64,000 nucleotides of DNA from Nemertoderma westbladi (taxonomy: Eukaryota > Animalia > Xenacoelomorpha), in NCBI GenBank assembly GCA_032718475.1, contig JAUCBJ010001932.1, positions 2,108 through 66,107 on the forward strand, read 5' to 3'. Both the position numbers and the translations under genes were made by a program. Positions 1 to 12,600 of the stretch are shown here, piece by piece (the first letter of the stretch is position 1; each line of letters opens with the position of its first letter). Below the pieces are notes generated by a model. It worked only from the letters and a program-made list of their open reading frames with translations, did no database searches and had not been told where the DNA came from.

Positions 1-579
1 TGCGGCTCGTCCGCAGACCCCTATGGAGATCACCATGTTGGTTGCAGTGGTGAGGGGGACCGGATTGCCCGTCACGACTCACTCCGGAACGCTGTATTCT
101 TAGCTGCTCAATCAGCAGCCTTAGCGCCCCTGAGTGAAGTGCCAGGCCTCATTCCAGGTTCCCACAGCCGCCCCGACGACATTTTCCTACCGAATTGGCA
201 TCATGGTTGGCCAATAGCCCTAGATGTCACAGTGATTTCCTCCCTGCAGGCCTGAACTGTAGATCGTGGTGCTGCTGATGCAGGCCACGCCCAATCCATC
301 GCCAGAGACCGCAAGCTTGCTGCTCACTTGGTTGAGTGCAGGAAATCCGGAACAGGCTTCACCCCACTTGTGGTTGAAGCCCTAGGGGGATGGGATTCCC
401 ACTCATCCTCCACCATCCGTGAGATTGCCAGACTGCAAGGTCTCAGACGAGGAATCTCTACAGGAGAAGCCATTCGCCACCTCTTCCAACGGCTCTTTCT
501 CTCCTTGTGGCGCGGGAACTCTGCAATGTGGTTGCGTAGAATCCCTACGCTCCACCCCTCTGTGGATGGTGTCCGTTAA
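1..579 (+). pseudogene. 3' end of RLE-type non-LTR retrotransposon (CRE-like clade), restriction-like endonuclease domain
   Basis: Frame 1 from base 1 reads CGSSADPYGDHHVGC...RIARHDSLR...SRPDDIF...ALDVTV...RK...FTPLVVEALGGW...LFQRLFLSLWRGN. This is the zinc finger / RHD / PD..D / K / PLVVE..GG pattern of CRE-like RLE elements. In-frame TGA at 253-255. Confidence 0.8.
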
Positions 580-1845
580 TTATTTAATTACTGTAATGAT
601 ATGTTATATTATTGGACTCAAAAGAAAATTACAATAGTGCCGAAAATTGGGGATAATGTGTTGAGAAATTCGAGTCAATAAACTTTTGAGAAGGAAGTAA
701 TATCCTATAAAAAAGTTGCACGAGCATCATCTAAAATGGAGAAAGAAAGATATGAAAATGCAACTAGAATATTTTGATCAGATGATGAAGAAAACTTTGA
801 AAATGTTACTTAATGGACCATTTCGACGATAATGGGCAGATCTTTACAATATTTAGAGTTATAATCCTGTAACTTGATCTTTTATTTAATTTAAAAAAAA
901 ATTTGTCCGTTCAGTTCTGTTCCGGTTCGGCTCCTCTATAGTTCGGTTGATCCCTATAGTTGTGGGATCGTGGTGGGGGGCTCCCTGTGATGGGGGCCTG
1001 GGCCTCAGCCACACACCCCCCCTCCTAAATACGGCCCTCTTTAATAGGTTTTGATAGATTAACATCTTCAATAAACACAATCCTGTTAGTTGAATATAGG
1101 GATCCATTTGTTGCACCCTTCCAGATGTGCCTCCTGGGTTAGGTTAACTAGTCTTGATAGAGAAGCATCCAATATAGACAGAGGGGCATACGGCCCTCCT
1201 AATTCAAAACCGAAAACTAACTATCTGTAACTGAAAAAACGTAGTTTTGAGTAAAATTGAGCTAAAGTTAACGGATCAGCACGGCAACATCAGAACATCT
1301 GCAGTCCAGTATTTATGCTAAAATATCGAGGAGTAGTATGTCTAGCTATCCAAAGACGACAGTATGTCAAAATAACACGAGCTATGGATTTGCACTAGTG
1401 TTTCGCAAACTTGTGCGGTTTTATCTTAGTATCATCAGTTAACATTCACTCTTCACCTCCATATACTACTATGCCAAAAAGAAGTAATATAATTAGGAAG
1501 ACTGGCTAGTACTAATATATGGATCTTTGAACTATTAGTTCCTAAAGTATTCCACATTCAGGTTTCCAATAAAAATCTAAAAATTATAATATATATATAT
1601 ATTATAATTATATTTTCAAAATGATAGAACGCGATTGCAAATTACATTAACATTGAACGAGTTAGAGAACTGAACTCTTTTATATGCGATATGGTAGGCC
1701 TATACAGCACATTTATCAGTTTATTATGTCCGCGTTTAAAATTAATATGTAGTATTATTACGTTACATTTACAATAGTAATGACCCCAGTTCTATAATTA
1801 GGCATACGATGAAATCAAATCGGGAGCCACAGCATTCAGCAGCAA

Positions 1846-2321
1846 TTCATGCAGCTCGTTCAACCTAATTGGTTCGGACCACAGAACTGTGACTGCAGAG
1901 ATCAGACTCAGTTTGAGAGCCAGCAAACCCAGGACAAGCAAGCAAATCAACTATGACTGGGGAAACTCAGAACTGACAATGCAGTAAAGGATGCTTACAC
2001 AGTAGAAGTTCAAAACCGCTTTGAAGCACTTCAGTCAATGGATGAAGACCAGTCCACCGATTCAATATACCAGAATATAATAACAGCCCACAAGGAATCA
2101 GCTAAGAGGCATATCCCCCAGAAACCCAAACGAAAACAGTATGTGCCATGGCAAAACTCTGAGGTTACTTGTAAGAGAGAAGATATTAAGATGGCCTACA
2201 AAGTTGAAACCAAACAACCAACAACAGAAAACATTAACAAGGTTGAGAAAGCTAAGGACGATCTTAAATTGGCCTACAACATCAGCCAGGAAAAGTACAT
2301 ACAGGATAAAATTGAAGCAAT
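1846..2321 (+). mobile_element. RTE-clade LINE fragment, copy A, left part (end of APE endonuclease and linker)
   Basis: SSFNLIGSDHRTVTAEIRLSLR...VEVQNRFEAL...; homologous to the minus-strand copy at 39240-39408 plus 42381-42727. Confidence 0.8.
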
Positions 2322-3510
2322 TGTTCGCAGTATTTCAATTTGCCATAACGCGAGTTAAATATTTTTTGGATTTATTTATTATGAATTTTTTCCAATATCG
2401 GTACTGGGTGCGGGAACATAAAATTTGGGCATATTCAATGGATTAGGGGCGATTTATGGGCGAATATTGGGGCGACTTACGGGGCACGGAACTCATATCA
2501 GATATTTAAGGGCCAAGGGTGGGAGGTAAAATCAAGCAGTACTTTAGGTGTCAGGGTTGCCTGATACTTATTTAGGCCTAGACAACCTCCTTCTACTTCG
2601 GTAGTTGGTAACCCGCTAGGCCTGGGGACAAGGACTGCCCTTAGCGGTTCCTGGCCACCAGCAGCGATTATGAGCCTGAAAAGGATTCGGAAAGCTTGCT
2701 GATTGCGCCAGGGATTTGCGACGGGAACTGACAGATCCTTAGCGGTCCCTGGCCACCAGCAGCGACTACGAGCCTGAAAAGGATTCGGAAAGCTTGCTGA
2801 ATGCGCCAGGGACTTGCGAAGGATCGACCGACTGGATGAAGGAAGGGTTCGACGAGGACTGACTTCCTGGAGTGGGTTCCACGACCGGCATTACTACGAG
2901 CCTGAAAAGGATTTGGAAAGATCCGACAGGTGGGACTCACAACGGGGCGACAGACCCCTAGCCAAGCCGTACCGCTTTCCTGATGACCGATCCCTTCGGG
3001 GTTTGGGAAGGGTGGGACGGACACGCAACAGGGTCGACCGACCTGACAGACCCTTAGCCAAGCCGTACCACTTTCCTGATGACCGATCCCTTCGGGGTTC
3101 GCGAAGGGTGGGATGGACACGCAACAGGGTCGACCGACACTGACACTACGGTGCCGGGACTAGGACCGAGGGAAAATGGGGATCATTAGTTAGGTTAAAA
3201 TCTGAAAGCGAACAGTGGGTAATTAAATAATGTACTGTAGGAATTTATATATTCGTGTATTATTGTGAATATTTGGTATATTGGTGTGGGGAAGCCCAAA
3301 TTATTCTCAATCAGGGTTCAATCAGAGTTCAAGTTACATTAAAAGATTATATTCAACCAATGCAGCCTTTTCTCTACTCGCAATCCTGCATCTTAGGTAA
3401 TATCTCCTTCTCCACTCCCAATACCCGGTGACTGGCCGGAATCAAGTGGTCTGAAAATTCCGCCACCAGCATCGGCGTTTTCCCCCCTGGTGTCGGGAAT
3501 AACGGCAATA
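2322..3510. mobile_element. ~1.19-kb insertion into RTE copy A, probable solo LTR
   Basis: Flanked by direct repeat GCAAT (2317-2321 and 3511-3515); removing it restores the RTE sequence seen at 39260-39290. Starts TGTTCG and ends CAATA. Contains internal ~97-98 bp tandem duplications at 2639-2820 and 2948-3140. Confidence 0.65.
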
Positions 3511-3707
3511 GCAATTGCAACTGCTCACATACAGCAACAATCAAGACTTACATGGCAAACTGTAAATGAGGTATCTGGTCGGAAAAGTTGTGCAAAGGGG
3601 CGCCTCAAAGCCGATAGTCCTGAAGAACGTGTTGGGAAGTGGAAAAATCACTTCAGCAACTTGCTTGGGCAGCCACCAAACATCGAGGTCAGCCCTACAA
3701 GGAAAAT
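3511..3707 (+). mobile_element. RTE-clade LINE fragment, copy A, right part
   Basis: IATAHIQQQSRLTWQTVNEVSGRK...WKNHFSNLLGQPP, nearly identical to copies at 28900-29080 and 39060-39290. Confidence 0.8.
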
Positions 3708-5812
3708 AGAGGCTATCTGTAACAACGCAGCACCTAATCTGATGGGAGAGGCATCACACTGGAGGAAAGTAGCATGTTGACATTATAGTACTTTAATACA
3801 GGGGCAGTTGTAAGTAGTTCTTTCAGTTTCATAAATGCTGAATCACATGCAGGTGACCAATAAAACATGTATGGATTATTAAAGCATGGATTTCAATAAC
3901 TCACGAATTGGTAATGTCAAGTCGCTGAAGTTGAGAATAAATTTTCCCAAGTAGGTAGCCATACCTGCTAGAAGATGACGGCAATCTGCCACAGAAGATG
4001 GTGTAGACATATCCTTTATGGCTGATATCTATATATCTATTTATGGCTTTATAGCTTCTCTGGATCAGGTTCAATACCAGTGCCAGAAAGACGGTGGCCT
4101 AAGTAGGTTATTTCAGTCTTATGAAATTCACATTTGCTAGGTTGTAGAGAAATGTGAAGTTTCCGGCAGAGGTCTGTAATTTCCTTCACTAGAAAATCAT
4201 GTTCTGCAAGGGTGCTTGTATGAATTAGAATATCGTCTTCAAGAACAATTACATTCTTAAATTGACTAACTGATTGATACATTTTTTATGATAAAGTTCA
4301 GGGGCAGGCGAGATCCCAAAAGGGAGCCGAATGTACCTGAATGTCCCAAAGGGTAACATGAAGGTTGTGAGTTTACTAGACTCTTTGTCTAGTTTAATCT
4401 AGTTAAACCCACTCTTAGGATCCAACTTAGAGAAATAACAACTCCCTTCTATTTCTGCGAAGAGTTCCTCGGGGGTAGGTATGAGGACTCTCTGTCTTAC
4501 TAAATTCTTATTTAAAACTCTTAAATATAGACAATGGAAGTGGCGACTTACTCATGAAAGCACATAAATTTTTCCATTAGGTTTACATGGTTGTACTAGT
4601 TTAGTGGAAACGAGCCGACTTGGGATAATAGTGAATGGAGAACCTGTATCGACCAGGAAATTCATATTAAGACTAGAGTTTGGTCCAGAAACCTTTATTT
4701 CTATGAACCATTCATTAACCCCAGCTCCGGTGCTGCTACACGAATGAATGCAGTTATCGTTTAGGGGACTACAGTTCACTGAACTAATACAGTAAAGGGA
4801 ACTATAAACATCTTCATCCTCGTATTCTGGAAGTATTTCACTTTGAAATCTCATCATTATCCGACAATCCTGCATCTCCCAGAGAGATTCTAGCAACATC
4901 TTGGTTAAAGTTAACATTGTTTCTACCTGATTGTCTACAATGGAATCCACTAGATGATCCATGGCCTCGAGAGAACTGCTGGGACAGCCCACTACGCAGC
5001 GAGCGGTCGTTGGAAGATTTCTTGCACAGAGGCGATCCTGGGTAATGATGAAGTTCACCAGAAATTCTGCAATACGAGCCATCGGTCATACGATGGGCAG
5101 GCTCCCTTTTTGAGATCTGCAGCAGAATCGACAGTTGCTTATCATTAGTCGACCCATCTGTTGCTGCTGATTTGTCAATTAATTTGCATTAGCTCGGTCA
5201 GAATTTACTCGATGTTGGAGGTGGGTTTGTTGTACCGCCATAACATCCTGAGCTTTAGACGCTACACCACATGTGTCTGAAGAACCTAGTTCATCATGAC
5301 CTGCCACTGCTGCTTCGAAAAAACCAGCCAATTTCTTAATTTGCTGCACGGCCGCATTCGAAGATTATGGAAGGAGTTGCTTGTGAAGATAGTCATCTCG
5401 AATACCCGCAATAAATGTATCTCATAGACGTGTTTCTGGAGTTTCAGACTCCAGATCACATATGCCAGCCAACTACAGTAGTGCAGTAAAATAATATGCA
5501 ATTGTTTCTCCCTGAGCTTGTTTACGTTTTCCAAAACTTCGTTCAGGAGCAAAATATTCCTCAAGATCTGTTAATACATTGTCCAGAGTTTTCGGGCGCT
5601 CTGCTATATATTCAAAGTTTTGTTTAGCAATCCATTGTGGTGCTTCCCAATACAAGTCATTAGTGCCCAAACCTTTTTAGATTCTGGAATATCCTCCGCC
5701 CGAAGTTCATAGCGTCAGCCCAGTATTAAAAATACTGTCGCTAGTCGCCAAATTCCATTGCCATGTCTTGCGCTCCCATTTCCAGTGGAGTCGGTGCCGG
5801 ATATTTCGCCAT
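3708..5812 (-). pseudogene. Degenerate Ty3/Gypsy gag-pol remnant
   Basis: Gag-like LEEYFAPE..RKQAQGETIAYYFTAL, protease FLVDTGSPFTIIP, and RT EDDILI..SKCEFHKTEITYLGH..GIEPDPEK. Many stops and frameshifts; no LTR recognised. Confidence 0.8.
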
Positions 5813-5927
5813 AATATAATATAATATTATTAAGAAAAAAAAACCAATACGTATACACATAGTCGTAGATAGGTACACACTGCGACAATGTAGTATGCCG
5901 GCCCGGGTACCATAGTATGGTACAGTA

Positions 5928-6402
5928 GTGTTTACACTCGATGCACCGACACCAGTAAATGCTCGGGGTGTTTACACTCATACATGCACCGACACCAGTA
6001 AATGCTCGGGGTGTTTACACCCATACATGCACCGACACCAGTAAATGCTCGGGGTGTTTACACTCATACATGCACCGACACCAGTAAATGCTCGGGGTGT
6101 TTACACTCATACATGCACCGACACCAGTAAATGCTCGGGGTGTTTACACCCATACATGCACCGACACCAGTAAATGCTCGGGGTGTTTACACTCATACAT
6201 GCACCGACACCAGTAAATGCTCGGGGTGTTTACACTCGTACATGCACTGGCACCAGTAAATGCTCGTGATGTTTACACTCATACATGCACCGACACCAGT
6301 AAATGCTCGGGGGGTTTACACTCGATGCACCGGCACCAGTAAATGCTCATGATGTTTACACTCATACATGCACCGACACCAGTAAATGCTCGGGGTGTTT
6401 AC
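5928..6402. repeat. 43-bp tandem repeat, about 11 copies
   Basis: Unit gtgtttacactcatacatgcaccgacaccagtaaatgctcggg recurs at 5968, 6011, 6054 and onward. Confidence 0.95.
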
Positions 6403-7189
6403 AGTACCGCCCCCCCCCCCACCCCCCCCCCCCCCGGCTATGCTACATTATTGTGCTTTGGGTAACTTCACCTCCTAAGAAACCTAATTAATTACTGATG
6501 TAATATGAACATTGACCATAAATCTACTAATCTACTAATGGTTTTCCATTTTGAGTGAAATAATTGTTTTACGATGTGCTGTGCCTGTAATTTTTCAATT
6601 ATAATTCCATTGTTGAATTTATTGTTTACTTAAACTTTTACTTTAATTTACTTTTTACTTAAATCTTTACTTATTGTTTAAAACAGATTTCATTATCAAT
6701 GGTTGGGGAGCCCACCGTTCAATGAATAATAGAGTTTAAAAGATTCATTTTCATACCCGTTCACGTTGAGAGGCCTTTTGTTTTGACAATATTATACCTG
6801 ATATTATAATGTTTCATATTTATTCACCTTTAAGACGACGGATATTGGAAATAAGACAGACTGACTGACAAACATTGGCTAATTATAATTCTGGGGCGAG
6901 CCACAGAGTGAGTCTTAGCATAAAGTTTAGTACAGGCCAAATCGGCATTGTACATCTCGTCCCTTTCATTTTCAAACAAACTAAATAATAAAATTGACTT
7001 TTCCTGTAAAACGGCATTTTTGATTCTAATTTTGTTTTGGAGTAAAATTAACTGGGTTTTGACATATTGGTAATCTTATGTGATTTGAAATAAAAAAAAA
7101 TACATTGTGTTTGAAAAAAATGGAATTATGTCACATATTAGGTAGGAAACTATGTATACAGATACGTGTGATATTGTGTGATATTTCCT

Positions 7190-7560
7190 ACTTATATCAG
7201 AGTGTTGTATGCTGGGTCCGATAAGAGGGTTTCAAAATGCGAAGCCAAGTCATTGGTACATGGCATAATATCAGCATTGCCCACATTTTCAGAATCAATT
7301 TTTCCTTTCCAATTTATTCTGCTCCATAACATTTTGAGGTCGTTACTATTTACCAAGGCAGCCCAGTGGTTAATTTCGTATTGCAATCTTTCTGCAATAT
7401 TTTTGAACTTCGAGCTGCGTCATAGAGAGCTGTGCTAAAACTTGCAGCAAATTTTATGGGGTCAGAAATATTACTTACTGTTTGTAATTTATCATGCAAG
7501 AACTGATCGAATCTGAGGGGGTCAATAAGTGATAGCGCTGTGATGAGTTTCTACCCGCTC
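7190..7560 (-). mobile_element. Old LINE ORF2 linker fragment
   Basis: NDLKMLWSRINWKG...LASHFETLL resembles the endonuclease-RT linker of APE-type LINEs. Confidence 0.45.
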
Positions 7561-7999
7561 CTCAGAATTATCATAATTTTGGAGCAAAAGGTTGATTTAT
7601 GCAATAGATTATCTGATTCAAATACGAAGAAGGGCAATGGAATGGACAATGGCTCGAAGGACAATGTCAAACTTATTGCAGCATATGGTCAGAAGTAAGA
7701 GTTAAAGAAAATAAGATAAAAGAGAGGAAGAGAGAAAGAAGAGGAAGAGCACAAAAGTGATTCACTGACCAAAGCACGGTGACGCTTAAATGTTAGGCCA
7801 CCAACTAAAACAATGTTATTGGGTAGGGTAAGGTAACTTAGGTTCGATAGATTAACCATCAGTATACCAGTAATATCGATAGAAATGTAGTATTATTCAA
7901 ACCAGCCTTTATCTTCTAAATTGGCCCCTGATAATATTCAGTTCCTCACTTATCTAATACTAATATACATTATACTACTGGACTGCAGACTCCTAGTGA

Positions 8000-9641
8000 G
8001 TGGTGAATGGAATGGAAGGTATGGCAGGGTGCGATTATAACAGTGCCGGAGCAGGGACCGTCGGTGTCGGTTATGACATTGCCGGAAATCAAAACGTGAA
8101 CTATGTCTATTTAGAGCGACAAGCCGAATGGAACGAGGAATACATGGAGCAATCCTTGCAACTCCAACACGGTGCTGGAAGTGGAACAAACCCAGCCTGT
8201 TACGATAGACGGATACGTGGAGAGTCGCCCACTGCTTGGGTAGCAAACAACTCGGATTCAGATGTTTACGTGGCCGGGGCCACGTCAGTTGCTGGAGGGA
8301 AGTCGACGGCGGCAAGGGCGAAGAGATCTAGGGTAAGCAGCAGCGGAAGGTCCGCTGGTCCCATAGGTCTAGATCTAGATCAAAACCATCTAGGAGAAGA
8401 TAGCTGGCAGTCAGTACCGCATTGTCGACGACTTCCCGGCAGAAATGCGGCAACAAAGAGACACGTTATTCCAACTGGCTCGAGATGCGAAACAACAGAA
8501 TCTATCAGCCCGTGTTTCAGGTAATAATCTTAGAATAGGTGACAAATCAATCAGTGGATGGGACATTTTCGGGAAGGAAAATGTTACTCTCGATCAGGTT
8601 TTATCGAAGGAGTCGTCCGAGAGTCGTCCGAGTCGATACCAGATTCCGCAGAACGGAATACGATCACAGATTGCCCAGCGAAGTTTCCCGGCGAGTCGAC
8701 AGGGACGTGGTATGTACGAGTACAACAGGTTCCAACAAGGAAGGGACACACTAAATGATAGTAATCAAGCATTTGATTATCAGTACAATAGGGATCGGAG
8801 AGGTTACACAATCGATGAACGAGGTTACCGTAATTCATTTGGTTCCATAGTGCCGCCGGCGCACACTACAGGGCCACCCACGCAACGCACGGGGTCGCAC
8901 GCGCCCACAGTTACAGGGCCGCCCGTGCAACGCACGGGGCCGCCCATGCAGCGCACGGGGCCGCCCGCGTTCACTGCAAGGCCGCCCGCATTTACTGCAA
9001 GGACGCCCATGCAACGCACGGGGCCGCCTGCGCCGACTACAAGGCCGCCCATGCAACGCACTGGGCCGCCCGCGCCCACTTCAGGGCCGTCCGCGCCTAC
9101 TACTACAGTTCTGCCAGCTCAACGCATGAGGCAGCCCGCGCCCACTATGGGGCAGCCCGCGCCCACTACGCCCGCGCCAACGAGCACAACTGTGTCCTCT
9201 TCTTCGGTCACCAGGTCTACTATAGAACTAGATCCGCTCGTGCACATTGAAGAGTCAATCTGCGAGGCTGAAATGGATGCCACAGAATATCAACAACAGG
9301 GTATTATACAATCTGAGAAGGTTGAAAATGCTGGGGCGCAGACGCCAATTACAGTTCAGCTTCAACGATCACTGAATTCTACTCCTTCAAATCCCGAATG
9401 GATAATAATTCCCGGCAAATACTCACAACCTCTGTCTGGTTCTGATGATACTGCTGGTAGACCTCAAGAGGGTTCTCGGGTCTCTAGTTTGCATCTTCAC
9501 AACGCGTTCGACGTGCTGGGTGAAGAAGAAGGCTCACTCGATCAGCCAGCCAATGAGCCGGAAGAAGGCTCTCTCGATCAGCCAGCCAATGAGACGGGAG
9601 AAGGGCACCCCGGAACGTGCGATCCACAACCCAACGGTTGA
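8000..9641 (+). pseudogene. LINE ORF1, split across two frames, with Pro/Thr-rich repeat region
   Basis: DDFPAEMRQQRDTLFQLARDAK..ARVSGNNLRIG resembles the C-terminal part of L1-type RRM/CTD ORF1 proteins; QRTGPP repeats at 8860-9180. Confidence 0.6.
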
Positions 9642-12600
9642 GGTGCCAAACTAATCAGTTCGGGCTCTCAGGTTTAAACTCGAATGATGATGATCGATCA
9701 CAAAACTTGGTAAACAATAATATGACTACTAATATTACACCTTCCGTTTCTGATGAACCTGCAATTACTAGATCACTTAACGTAGGACATTTAAATGTTG
9801 AAGGTATTAGTTCAGCGCTAGCGGATGTTGATTTTCATAAACTCGTGCGAGCACACGATATTTTTATATGTACGGAAACTTGGTTAGCTCCATATGGATT
9901 ACTAAACTTAGATATAGGGGGATATAATTATTTTAAGGTGTGTCGGAATAAGAAACATCGTAGTGCAAAACGAGTCAGTGGTGGAGTGTTGGTATATTTT
10001 AAAATTGATCTAGAACCACACGTAACCAATCTAAATGATTTCAGTGTAGAAGATATTATATGGTTAAAACTAGATAAACAATGTTTAGGTTTAGAAAGGG
10101 ATCTTATTTTTTGTTGTGCATATATAGCGCCGTACAATTCCACTAGCCACAACAACAGTGCGATTGACTTATTTGATGATATTGAAAGAGGGTTGGCATT
10201 TTATTGGGACAGTGCAGATATACTAGTTATTGGTGATTTAAATGCCAGAACGGCTAAAGGATGCGATTATATTGTAAGCAATGGCGGGATGATTACACAT
10301 TGTGATGAATCACTTATTGGTGACCAGGTTGATGAAGAAAATGAATTTATTTATTATTGTATAAATATCGATAGAAATAATTTTGATAAAAAGGTAAATG
10401 CCTATGGTACAACATTATTAAACCTATGTAAAAACACTGGCCTACGCATTTTTAATGGAAGGCTAGGGAATGACGAAGCCTGTGGTGATTTTACTTTTCG
10501 TTCTGGCAATGGTTCTTCTACAATTGATTATGTACTAGGCACAGTACCAATGATGGGGCATTGTAAAGATTTTTCTATTGGTATCCCAAATATTTATAGT
10601 CACCACTGTACAATTTCATTTAAATTAGAAGTGCAAACATTTCTCGAGCCAAATGCTACTGAACCCGATGCTAGTAACATACATGTTGAGGGTACTCCAG
10701 TAAACCGTTATTTTTGGAACGATAGAGTTAAACAGCAATTTAATACGAATATGAAAGATGCAAATATGATAAACGAGCTGCAGAATATTGGCGACCTAAT
10801 TATCTCCGATGTAAATTTTCCACTGCAAAATTTAGACGCTGCGGTGGGGAACCTTTCGGATATATTCGATCGTCAGGCAGAAATTTTATCATTACATCGA
10901 ACTGATAACGAACAAGGTAATGTTAATTCCTTTTGTAATGGTGCAATTTGGTTTAATTTAGAATGTAGGGATGCAAAGTTGGCTTTTAATAGTGCGTTGT
11001 CTAATTGGAAAAGTTCTGGAGCACCTGAAGCGTAATCCTTACTTCAAAGGAGGCGTGCTCAATATAAAGCAACCCTGCGTAAAACCCGATTTGAATATTC
11101 GAGAAATGAAGCGCAGCGCCTGAACCTGGAACGTGTGTCAGCAATGCGGAATTTCCGACATTATTGCCATAAGGCCCGAATGGCCGTCAATGACATTCCC
11201 ACGAGCCACTTTTTATAATATAGATGTATGCCATATATTTATGCCATTATTAATATTTATGCCAAGCGACAAAATCGTCGCATACAATTAATTTAGAAAT
11301 TTTCACTATGCCTAGCTAGCGTATTCAGATAGTGGTCCAATAATTATCCGCAAGTGAAAAAGTGATCTCCTGCACAAATTGACCGCAGGTGAAATAAAGT
11401 GTCATTTTGCGCCCATTAATTTACTCATTGTATCATATCATCTATTACAATAAATGTCTGATTTTGTTTGTTTTGGTTATATTTTAATATTTATAATTAA
11501 ATACATTTGATTGTTACTATGAAAAATTTTAAGCCCCCCCCTTAAGAAATTCCTGGATCCGCCCCTGGTCAGACCCGAAAAAGTTTTGGAAAAAATTGAA
11601 ATCTATTTGCCGGGTTGCTATTCCGAGAGGGGCAAATGAACCATCTATTAACCAGTTTAAACAATATTTCGAGCGACTTAGTTCAAACAATTCAAATTTT
11701 CAGGATATGGGAAGGAATTGTAGTAGTTACGTAGGTAGAAATGTTAATATAATTGAAAGTAGAAATTGTTTTGAGAATGATTTGAGTATGCCATTTGATG
11801 AAGTAGAAGTAAATAACGCTATTAATAAGTTAAAGCGCGGTAAATCCCCAGGTATAGACAATATTATTAGTGAATTCATTATTGAAGGTCGGGATCAGTT
11901 AGTACCGGTGTTAACATTATTATTTAGTGCTATTTTGGAATCGGGCAATTTTCCACGAGATTGGACAATTGGTATTATATGCCCATTGTTTAAAAAGGGG
12001 AAAAAGTCGGATCCCGGTAACTATAGGGGAATAACTCTGTTGTCAATTTTGGGTAAATTATTCACATCCGTTATTAATAGTCGTTTACAATGGTGGGCAG
12101 ATTGCTATGGTATTGTAGTTGAAGCCCAGGGTGGTTTTCGAGCAGGGTTTTCTACAGTTGACCAAATGTTTGTTTTACGTGCGCTTATTGATCACTTTTT
12201 GTTAACTCGTAAGAAAAAATTATATTGTGCTTTTATTGACCTGAAAAAGGCATTCGATTCAGTTAGTCGTGCAGCTTTATGGTTGAAATTAATCAATTTA
12301 GGTGCGGGTGGCAAAATGCTAAATGTTATTAAGAATATGTATAGTAGTGTAAAGTCATGTGTAAAAGTAGATGGTAAATTGTCAGAAACATTTTTAGTAT
12401 CTATAGGAGTAAGACAAGGTGAGAGCTTATCACCCTTTTTGTTCAGTATTTTTATTAATGATTTGGAAAACGAATTAAGGCAAGGTGGCATTGAAGGTAT
12501 AGATGTTGGTACGATGAAATTATTCTTATTGCTATTTGCTGACGACATCGTTATATTGGCAGAGACTGAGTCAGCTTTACAGCAATCCCTAATAATTCTA

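Noticed and set aside
900-1400. Possible MITE ends (cccctcctaaatacggccct; gtagttttgagtaaaattgagctaaagtt)
   Set aside because: No partner terminus or TSD found; too fragmentary to call
2668-3143. ORFs of 109-150 aa inside the solo-LTR-like insert
   Set aside because: Arise from GC-rich internal duplications; no protein family similarity recognised
5928-6402. Regular repeat arrays (also 14291-14945, 29080-29860, 15750-24448) as CRISPR
   Set aside because: Contiguous monomers with no unique spacers, no cas genes, and a eukaryotic context
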